Assembly: GCA_022813965.1 (NCBI GenBank)
Contig: JALDZS010000075.1
Location: forward strand, 1 to 64,000
Reading direction: 5' to 3'
DNA: 64,000 nucleotides
Source: Toensbergia leucococca
Lineage: Eukaryota
This document shows positions 1 through 9,645 of the stretch, one piece after another. Each line of letters starts with the position of its first letter. Positions within the stretch are counted from its first letter, which is position 1. Under the pieces are notes generated by a model. It was not told where the DNA came from. It saw only the letters and a list, made by a program, of their open reading frames with translations, and did not search any database. A program made the translations under genes and the position numbers.

Positions 1-219
1 GCCAAACGACCAGCAGCAACAGGTAAGCCATGGCAACCAAGCCTAAACTGCAGAAAGCGCTGCATGCCCCTGCCAGAAACAGGCAAATGACAATAACGCC
101 TACGAAGGCTGTATGGCCCAAACCACTTGAGCAAGATGCAGCCTGTAGAGCAATGAGAGCATGCACTAGGTACTAAATAAAGACATAAATAATGATAATA
201 AATAGGTATTAATAAAATG

Positions 220-552
220 AAAATGCAGCTTGACACACTTTATGGCACTGCTGATAGACTGCAGCCAAATGACACAATGCGTTTGATGTGCATAAGACAG
301 CAGATGATTTGCCTGCAGCTTGACATACTTGATGGCACTGCTGATAGACTGCGGCTGGGTGACAGAATGCATTTGATATGCAAAAGACAGCAGCTGACTT
401 GCCTGCAGCTTGAAATATCTGATGGCGTTGCCCATGCTGGTAAACTGCAGCCGGGGGACAAATGCCTTTGATATGCAAGCCAGTTGATATGCACAAGACA
501 GTAGATGACTTGCCTGCAGCTTGACATACTTGATGGCATTGCCCATGCTGAT
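220..552 (-). repeat. Four tandem degenerate copies (period ~87-111 nt) of the eIF2B delta exon end plus its splice donor
   Basis: Unit AGCATGGGCAATGCCATCAAGTATGTCAAGCTGCAG|GCAAGT recurs on the minus strand. ORF 166-753 shows SMGNAIKYVKLQ / SMGNAIRYFKLQ / SISSAIKYVKLQ / SISSAIKCVKLH. Confidence 0.9.
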
Positions 553-3500
553 GGACAGCGGGCGGCAGTGCACCAGGAACTGGATAGCGTTGTTCAGCTG
601 CTGTGTCAAATCCCTTGACAGCACCTTGCCTACATACACACATGCACACACGTCAAAAGAGCCCAGGCAAGAGTCAGCACTATGTTTAGATCCATGGTCC
701 AGACCGCAAATCCTGTAGTCATAGTCATAGTAGCATCTGTGACCAATGCACATTTGACATTTATTCTGCGAGCTGCTGCTGCTGGTGCCTGCAAAAGATG
801 TGGGAACGCACTAGTGCGAGCACTCTTTCTTTTGTGTGAAGCATGGGGCCAAAACTTATCCTGATTCTACTCATAGAGAGGGTTTGTTGCCTTGTGAAAA
901 TGACAAATCTCACAAGACCAAAACCCCTCTGAATGACTAGAATCAGGACAACTTTTGGTCCCAGGGTTCACACAAAACAATCAAGCTCAAGTAAGGACTG
1001 GTGTTGCTTGATGCCCAACCTGTTCATCAGGCACGCTATAATGAGTCAGACTGTGCTGACAAATGGAGGCTGCAGTGCCATCACTTTGCAAACTTAAGAA
1101 GAGCACTTGCTATGAAGCTGCAGCACTGCATCTGTGTAGGCAGCCCGAAGGATGTGTGCCAGAAACTCATCATCTATGACTCTGCATAAGGTGCAGACAA
1201 AATGAGCGTGACGCACAACCTCCTTGCAGATGTCAATTTTGCAAGGTGCATTCTTGTGATGCAGGCCTTCAGGCCAGGAAAATTGCTGTTTGGTGGTCCC
1301 ACACAAGATTACACTATCCAAAGTGAACCTGCTGCAGACTGCTTTGAACAGTTGCACCTACAAGTGCAATTGCAGGTGCAACCCTTCAAAACCGTCTGTG
1401 GCAGGCTCACTCCAGATGGCTGTCCCTGCCTCGAAATTCAAACCAGAGAAACAGGTGACTGATTGCAATCAGGCCTGCCAATAGGATAGGAGAAAATGCA
1501 CATACGCACATATTATGTAAGCCTGCCACAATATCCTTTGACAAAAGCAGAGGCAAGAATGCCTGCACTGAAGCCCACAGGCAGCAAGCATTGCACTGCC
1601 AGTTACATGCTAGCCGGCACAGGTGCACTGTGCCAGCGAACCTAAATGTAACGGCTACCTGTTTATATGCTTTTGTGGTGACTCTGCTGTGCTTGACTGC
1701 ACATGAATGATGCGAACATCTGCCATGAGATGGGTGCAGTATTGTCACAGAAAAATCTGCTGAGTCTGCACAGGAGAACTCTGATCTTGCCTTTCAACAC
1801 TCTTGCATAAGCATCAAGTAACAAGCTGTCAAGCAGCATGACTTGAGCCTGAGCAAGAGTGCTGGAGAGCAGACTGCGCTTTTGGTTTCAACCATTTGTT
1901 TTCAACCATTTGTTTGATCAAATGTCAACATCAACACCTGGAGAGTGACATGGGAAATAGCATGCAAATTTCTTGGTCAAATCGCACATCCCAAGCACTT
2001 GCCATCCCCAAAATTGTCATCAACAACATGCCATGAGGCTGATGTATTTGCATACAATTGCATTGCACAACATGACTGTCAAGCCAAGCCTTGTTGCCTC
2101 ACAGCACCAACATGTATTTAGCAAGGTAAAAGGAGTCTGCTCTCGTTAAGCCGTGTGCAAGCCTTGAAGGGGCCATGCTTTGGGCAACGCTCTGACAGAT
2201 CCTGCTGTAACACAAACTTGCAGTCACACGCCCAGCAGCTAGCTCTGCTGACTTGTGCGCAGAATTCGGGGATTCATGTGACAGCCTGCAATTCCCTCAG
2301 CAGCCCCAAACTCAGGGCTGTACTATTCTGAAGGTTCGTTTGCTTGTGCTGAGCTGTGCAACTGCTTACTTGAGTACATTCATGCATTTGAGTAAGGAAG
2401 TACACAGCTCAGCACAAGCAAGCAGCAAGCGGTTGAAGCCATGGCATTACTTTCCAACAAGATATACCGAGTCTAAGGCACATTCCCTGCTGTACTTGCC
2501 GGTGGATGTAATGAAGCAGCAGTGGAGGGCGAGTCAATGATGGGCCAACAAGCTTGTGTGACACACACACACATGTGAGCTGAAGCAGTGGCAGAGTAGC
2601 ACCTGCCTTGAAGCTGCTAGGCGCAGTCTTGACAAGACTGCCCAGCATTTGGCTGCATCACCAGCAGGAATGCTGCGCACCAGCAGGAATGCTGCGCATC
2701 AACAGCTGCTTGACACATGAAATCCCTGAGTCACTGATATTTCTGATCTGATGTCACGATCTGCTGTGTTCTAAACAGGAATGATCCACATCATCATTTC
2801 CTGTTTGCGACACAACAGATCGTGATGTCAGAGCGGAGATATTGATAACTCAGGCATCTCACACACCAATCAGCAATCCTCTGATTACAGCAGGAGGAAT
2901 GTTGAGCGGGGATAGCAATGACTCAAAACCTCGTGCAGGCCCACCGTCAATGAGCTCACAAACTTTGGTTTCTTGTATTGAGTTGCTTGTTTTCATTGTG
3001 CTATGGGCACTCATCATGCAGCTGTTCTTGACACTTCAGCCGGCAGAAGTTGCGGTGCCTTGCTAGCTGAGCCGTGTAACATAGCTTCATAACACATGCC
3101 ACAACTCTTCAGGCGTTTGGTACTAAACAGATCATGCAAATGGTGTCATGTATCACAGCAGGAGCTACACAAGCCAGACTGTTGGATCTTTGCGGTTTGC
3201 GATGCAATGCTAAACAATGCAAGACATGATTTTGTGTCCTCAGACTTATTGTGCATAAAAGTCTATGTATGTGCCAACAGATGCGATGTACAGTATTGCA
3301 AACTGGACTGTACTGCTAGACTCTTAACAGCCAAGTGCTTAACCAGCACACACACCAGCTCTCAGACCTACACCTTGATAACAGCAGGGACTGTACTTCA
3401 TGTATCAGAGCCACCCCGCCATTGCCATTGAGGCAATATCACCAGGAGATCATCTGTGATCTGCTGTGAAGGTGTCTCTTTGTCAAGTGACTGCTTCACA

Positions 3501-6500
3501 GTGTGGTAATGTCAGCTCGCATACAGCTCAGCAGTGTGAAGCCAAGCAGCAACTCAAGCCTTCTGCTACAACTAACTAATCACCAGACATGTGCTGCACC
3601 TCAAAGCCACAAGCAGACACTAGATCTGAGAGTTCTGTTCACAAGGGTATTGACTAGAAAAGTTGTGTACATAGAAAGGTCACCCCTTTGGTTGAGTGCT
3701 AGAGCAGGTCCACTGCTGTATCCTACTGAGGTTTGCATATGCCAAAGAGCCTAGATTGCACGCTTGTGAAACGTTCTAAAGTCATGCTGACCGGAAGACA
3801 TTGCAGCGCTCACAGATGCAGCTGCAGACAGACACTACCATGGTGAGGTGAGGAGCTGCACAAGTGGAGGCGCAGCAATGGCAACTGGAGCTTGTGATTC
3901 TGACATATGAGTGGACGCAACCTCTGGACAGGGAGCTGCTAAACAACCAAAGGCTGCTTTTTGCTGTTGCAATGCAATGACAGCGTGGTGCGGATCAGAC
4001 ACATCACGAGGCCACAGAGCTCTAACAAAAAGTTGAGATGAGAGACACATAAGGCTAAGCAGATAGACAACCTGACAACCTGCATCCCCAGCACCTCACG
4101 GTCCTGGGGCCAGATCAGAGAAGACAAGAGGCTGCACAGCTCTGATAAGCAAATGAAGAAAGCAGCAATGAGGTTGTATATGTCTCTCTTGGAACCTGAG
4201 TGCTGCTTTCTTCATCTGCTTGTCAGCGCTGGGCAGCCTTTTGTCTTCTCTGATCTGGCCCCAGGACTGTCAGGCTCTGGTAATGCAAGTTGTGACTTTG
4301 TCCGCACTTGGACATTGTCATGCGAAGGTAGCAGGTTCAGATCATTTGACTAAAAAGGCAGCCTTGTGAAGTTGTGTCGCTGAAGCTTGCATCAACAGAT
4401 CCAGATTCGGCTGTGTTACGTGACCAACAATTTCATCTCAGACAAAGGCTGCTTTCTGACACACTAAGAACCAAGTTCACAGGCGTGTGCGATTGGATGA
4501 AACTTCTTGCTCCTGCTGCTGTCAGATCCTACAGACATGGTAGGGCTTTGGTGTAAGTCATTGTTGTATGTCATGTCGCCAGATACTGTACATGATCAGC
4601 CTGGTTCACAGTGTTGAGAGCTGCAAACAATTCTCAACATGTATCCTTAGGCCACAGTGAAGAAGGTTTCTAGCTCTTAGTAGAGAGCCTGTCAAGGCAT
4701 CGTTGCAAGTCATTGTTGTACATTAAGTCATGAGCTGCTTTATGCGGCCAGCTTGGTCTAAAGCGCTGAAAGCTACGTACAGCAGCAGCATAGCTCCTGA
4801 TTGCAGCTCTCAGGCTTTGAACCAAGCTAGCCGCATGAAACAGCTCGTGACTGGACGTACAACAATGAGTTGCAACGATGCCTTGACAGGCTCTCTACTA
4901 AGAGCTAGGAAGCTTCTTCACTGTCGCCTAAGGATACATGTTGGTAACAATAACTCCTATGAGAAATGCCTTCTTGTGCCCTTTTCAAACACTTGTCCTA
5001 GCAGAGCAATTTGCTTTTTGGTCGTGCAGTAGAGGCGTCCTGATCCCACACAGCCATACTTGCTGCATACAGACTGGAGTCCCATTGCTCTTGCTGTCCC
5101 AGGTTGACCCTAAGGCAGCAGCTCACCTGCTGGAGTGGTGTAGTCCTCCACCATCTGTCGCAACATGTCTAGCATGGCAATGCAGCGTGCATTGGCTCCC
5201 TTGATGGTGCCATCAGCATATCTGAGGCCTAGCTTCAGCACCTCAGGATGGAAGGGGAAGTCGTGGTTGTACTTGGCCAGCACTGAATCCAGAGTCACCC
5301 TCTGCAACATACGGTGCATATGATGCCAAAAATCTTCTGGGTTCCAACAAGGGAACAGCTGCAAAGCTAAAGCAATGCAGGGTCATGCTAAGCTCAGCAT
5401 CACTTGTCAACTTACAAGGTGCCTCAGTAGTTCAAACGAGCTGCCAATTCAAATTGAGTATGTACCGTGGCATGCTGTAAAAGCAACAATACGCACACGA
5501 CATTTGTCACTCTACCAGTAGCTCACATTGTATCGTGGAAGATGTGCAAACACATCAGACGGCAAAGACATGGCTTGGCTGTCTGCAGCTCCCTTAAACT
5601 GCTGCTGCACTCTGCTGGCCTGCTTGGCAGGCTTAGCCTTGGGCCCTGCTGGCATGCCTTGAGCAGGTGCTTGAGCCTGCGCAGATGCTGATGTGGCTGC
5701 CTGCTTGTCTGAACTTGCAGCTGGTGGAACCTGCTTGGCTGCTGCTTGGCTCTGTTTGGGCGCTGCCTGCTTGCCTCCACCCTGCAGAAGGCACGCATCA
5801 AACTAAAAAACTATACAAACGACTACGATCAGCCCTGAAGTAGTCATGCTGGCGGTGCCTGTACGCGCTTTGTACAAGTTAACACCAAAGTGTATGGACA
5901 GACACTTGAAGGATCAGATGTGCAGGTTGCAACTGAAGGCAGGCATGCGGCCTGTGCATGTGCCATACAATATGAATAATGGGGCATTGCTCATTGGTGC
6001 TGTGGCAGAGCCAAGGCATGACTGAACAGGACTCAGTTGATCAGCTGATCAGAATGCGGGTGCAGAGCAAGGTGTTGGACAGTACCTTGGGAGTGCCTGC
6101 TGCCTTGGCAGCCCTCTCAGCTTCCTGCTTGGCCCGCCTCTCTGCTTTTGTCGTCTTGGGCTTGTCTTGACTGTCTTGAGGTGCTTGTGCCGTCTCTTTC
6201 TTTGCTTGACCACCTTCCTGCTTGGCTGTCTGTCCCTGTAGCAGGCCACAAAGTGTCAAGCACCACCACTACAGGAAGGCATTGCTATTGCCTGTCTGAA
6301 CATTACAATGGGACATGTCAAGGACCTAGGTCTGGCCACACCTACTGATCTGGAAAGCAGAGATCAGCCTGTGACTGCTATGACCACAATAAGCCCACCA
6401 GCAGCAAGGATGTACAGCAGCAGAACCAACTCCACAGGGTACAGGAGTACCTCTGGTTTGGACTCCTTCTGCAGCCTGCTTGCCTCCCTGACAGGTGGGG

Positions 6501-9151
6501 CCTTGCCCTGTTGTATCTCTGCCTTTGAATCCTGATGCTGCTTTGGTGTTGACGCAGCACCAACATTAGGCTGTGGCTTGCTGCTTGGCTGAGGTTGAGA
6601 TGCACCGGAAACAGCAGGAGGGTCTTGGGACTGTGAGGTTGCAGCTTGTTGCTGTGGCTGCTGCTGCGAAGATGACTGCTGTTGCCACTCTTCCTGCTGT
6701 TCTGCTTCCCTTCCTTGGGAAGCCAGCTCTGCAGCTGAAGCTGATTGATGCACTGGTTGCAGCGGGGGTGGAGGTATCTCAAGGTCTTGCTTGGGAGCAC
6801 CTGAGGGATTCGCAGCTGAATTGGATGTGGTGCCTGCAAAGACAAAGAACAATAGTCACACTTGGCAACTCTTCTCATGTCTGACTGCAAGGTGTGATGC
6901 TTTAGACATCTCAATGAATGCAACTGAGCTGTTGTTGCAGCCCATAATTTGTGCAAGCTATGACAAAGAAAGCCTTGTTACAGCAGTCGGTAATGCCAAG
7001 GTGTCTCATGGGTAGGGTGAAAGACATTGTGTTCAGGTTTGCACGCTGCGAGCATCCTGCAAATACATGTGATCTGAGCAGTAACCAGGGTATGCCTCTT
7101 GACATACACTACAAAATGATGTACCTGATTCGCTAGGACATGCCATTTCCAGGCTGCGACGCTTGGGCTCACCCACGCCTGCATCACAGACAGACAGTCG
7201 CAAAGAAGAAGGGCACACCCCCAAAAGTTCCGGATTTGTATGTGGTTGCTACACCAGTGAGACATGGTTCTTGCACACCTCTCGATATGTCCCAATGCTC
7301 CTTGACGATCACTGATGTTGAACTCGCATATGATCAAGAGGCATAAGTCCAACACAGCCGACTTTGCCAACACGGCGTGCAAAAGCTGACCAGTAAACCT
7401 TACAAAGTATGATGCAAGCTTTGCACGAATATGTCGCGGCCATCCAAGGTGGACTCCAGGGAATCTGCTGATGGCATCTGGGCATAGCACATGCCATCAG
7501 CAGATTCCCTGAAGTTCTTGTCCAACAATGCTTGTGACTATGCAGCCCAAACAAGCCATGATTATGGTGCATGACATACCTGGCTGGAATGGGGTACCGA
7601 TGCCCAGAGCTGCTGCTGCTGCAGACACAGTGGCTGCTATTGGTGGCACATTGTGATGAGAGAAGCTGGACTGGCGTACAGCCCCTCTTGGGGTGCCGTG
7701 GGGGCTGGAGGGGACTGATTTGGTTGTGGGGACTGGTCTCTGCTCTGAAGTGCTCTCACCAGATTCTGCAATATGTGAGGCATAATACATATCACAGTGA
7801 TGGGCGTCTTAACAGGAGATTGGCATGGGTATAAGCTTCAAATCTGCAATTAGGGTTTCAGTCGTGATGCATGCAGCACTACTGTCAATGCACCCATCAA
7901 AGACATACCGTTGTAGCAAATTTTGCACAAAGAGCGCACAGCCCAGAAGTAATGTCAAGCTTTATGCTTCATGACCTAATGCTATTGGACACAACATAGT
8001 TTGTGTTGCTGCTATGCATGGCTTTGAGACCTACCCTTATGCTCTTCACCAGACTGTGCAGCAAAAGGAGAGGTAGGGCGCTGTGAGAATGTGGGTGTGT
8101 CTGCTTGACGAGGCGAAGGTGGCATGCTCAGCTGCCCAGTGGGATGGGCTGAAGATGAAGGGGCAGCTCCATTGGACGCTAGTACAGCGCTGTCAATGTC
8201 TGACCGCATCGTGGTGAGTTCCCCTATTGGGGGCAGACTGATTGCAGAACTGAGCATGAGTGGCTTTGCAGGGCTGTTTGCATCCCTGCAACATGCAGCA
8301 CAAACGTGTTGCCCCTGTGAGCACTCCCAGCATGATGCCAAACCCTGCCAAATCCTGGACTTGTACTGGTACCGCAACATAGTGGGAAGACAAACCCAGC
8401 TTAGCCTTATGGGTTTATGTTGTCACACGCTTGACTGGTCATAATAAGCAAGTTGAGTGGTCTACAATGCGTGACAAACAATGACGTCAGGTTGCGACCT
8501 AGAGATTGATACGGAATCAGGAATGGGTCCGTCCATGTACCTTGGATTGTTTTTACTAGCCCTGGGAGCTGGTGCCACTAGGATGGATGGATCCTAGCAA
8601 TACAAGACAAAATCAGAATCTCGGTGTCAAAATTCTATGGCCACAGCTGAGATGAATCAGTCAAGACCTCACCTGCAGGTGGCTGCTGTCAGGCAAGCTA
8701 CCAGGTACAAGTACAGGAGCAGTGCGCTGTCGTGCAAGAGGGTTGGTGACAGGAGGTGCATCGCCGCTCCTTCTGTTGACTGCCTGAGAGACTGGAGAGT
8801 CAGTCTGCAATGGAAACAGAAGCGTGCTTGGACCATCACCGGGACCAGTTAAGTGCAACATTTAAAGTAACACAGGCTGGAAACCCTCATTGAGTGAAGC
8901 AAGGAAGTCCACAAATTACGTACTTGGAACGACGGTGGTATGATCACTGGGTTTGGGGAACCCGATATGACGTTGCCGTCATTGCGCTGGGAGTCTGCTA
9001 GCAATGTGGAGGCGGGTGATGGCGATGGTGCAGCGCCCTCAACACGAAAGCCAACAACTTTGATGGCAGGTTGCGTTTGGCTGACTGATGACTCGCTTCT
9101 TCGTGGCGCAGGTCTGCTCTCAATAGACTGCGTTCTGTCTCTGTTATGCAT
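514..9151 (-). CDS. EIF2B4: Translation initiation factor eIF2B subunit delta, plant/green-algal type; 5' part of a multi-exon gene whose 3' exons lie left of the window
   Basis: Phase-consistent exon chain read by hand: 9151-8924, 8804-8673, 8593-8541, 8285-8035, 7765-7580, 6833-6451, 6235-6086, 5781-5527, 5301-5127, 629-514. Motifs: KVVGF..SPNPVIIPP (plant-type N-terminus), TTKAERRAKQEAERAAKAA, VFAHLPRY, HPEVLKLGLRYADGTIKGANARCIAML, DYTTPAG|KVLSRDL..LVHCRPLSISMGNAIKYVK. Confidence 0.92.
830..977. ncRNA. Intronic long imperfect hairpin 1 (pre-miRNA/hpRNA candidate)
   Basis: Arm ttgtgtgaagcatggggccaaaacttatcctgattctactcat..cttgtga pairs with tcacaag..atgactagaatcaggacaacttttggtcccagggttcacacaa; stem ~65 bp. 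The inverted repeat is directly seen; RNA function is inferred. Confidence 0.5.
1322..1411. ncRNA. Intronic hairpin 2
   Basis: agtgaacctgctgcagactgctttgaacagttgcacctacaa versus reverse complement of the right arm agtgagcctgccacagacggttttgaagggttgcacctgcaa (34/42 identical); short loop. Confidence 0.45.
1788..1871. ncRNA. Intronic hairpin 3
   Basis: tgcctttcaacactcttgc..tcaagt..gctg pairs with cagc..acttga..gcaagagtgctggagagca. Confidence 0.35.
2338..2423. ncRNA. Intronic hairpin 4
   Basis: ttgcttgtgctgagctgtg pairs perfectly with cacagctcagcacaagcaa (19 bp) inside a ~41-bp imperfect stem. Confidence 0.5.
2719..2860. ncRNA. Intronic hairpin 5
   Basis: cctgagtcactgatatttctgatctgatgtcacgatctgctgtgttctaaacagg versus reverse complement cctgagttatcaatatctccgctctgacatcacgatctgttgtgtcgcaaacagg; most differences are transitions, compatible with G:U pairs. 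Confidence 0.5.
4075..4293. ncRNA. Intronic hairpin 6
   Basis: Core arms 4101-4167 and 4201-4267 match at 62/67; a looser basal stem extends to 4075/4293; loop 33 nt. Confidence 0.55.
4635..4943. ncRNA. Intronic hairpin 7 (longest, ~140-bp stem)
   Basis: Arms 4635-4774 and 4805-4943 are ~89% complementary and include an unbroken run ctagctcttagtagagagcctgtcaaggcatcgttgcaa; loop 30 nt. Confidence 0.55.
7451..7517. ncRNA. Hairpin 8, in eIF2B delta intron 6834-7579
   Basis: Perfect 21-bp duplex cagggaatctgctgatggcat (7457-7477) / atgccatcagcagattccctg (7491-7511) within a 30-bp stem. Confidence 0.5.
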
Positions 9152-9645
9152 ATGCGCAAATCAAGATCTCTACAGCCAATTGAGCACGCAAGATGAAAGC
9201 TGCTCGTGAAAGCTCGGGTGCGAATCTTGCGGCGACTACACTAGACAAGCTGAACGGTTTGCAAACGGCTGTAGTACCAGCCTGGGCGACGATCTTACCA
9301 ATAGATTGCTGTTGTGCTCAGAAAGCACATGCTTGTGCAGAATTGCACAGTCAGGAACAAGAATAGAAGAAGCCAAGGTTGAAACCATTTCTTGACCTAA
9401 CAACAGTCAGCAAACCCTCTTAAGCTTGCGAACTCGAGGAGCGATAGGTACTGTGGTCACAGATCGAAACGAGGACAAAAAGCAACGGGCTACTATGCTT
9501 CAGATCGAATGCACTTTACAAACAGTTCGCCAGTCTGGTTGTCTGTCGAGCAGGCTGACGGGTTGGCTTCTCTGATCCGCGCGACAAGTCGATCAACTGG
9601 ACTGGAAGGACGTGAAGCTTCTTTAGCAAGCTGACTGGAGCCGGT
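9152..9645. promoter_or_regulatory. Probable bidirectional promoter between eIF2B delta and the ARID4-like gene
   Basis: Head-to-head ATGs at 9151 (-) and 9646 (+); CpG is visibly more frequent here than in flanking introns. Confidence 0.55.

Noticed and set aside
220..552. CRISPR-like repeat-spacer pattern
   Set aside because: Eukaryotic context, the spacers are homologous to each other, and there are no cas genes.
166..753. 195-aa ORF as a stand-alone repeat protein
   Set aside because: It is one eIF2B delta exon plus intronic duplications of that exon's end.
1094..1190. Possible nested exon VIDDEFLAHILRAAYTDAVLQLHSKCSS* in the large intron
   Set aside because: No linked exons or recognisable motif, and the flanking eIF2B delta exons join perfectly without it.
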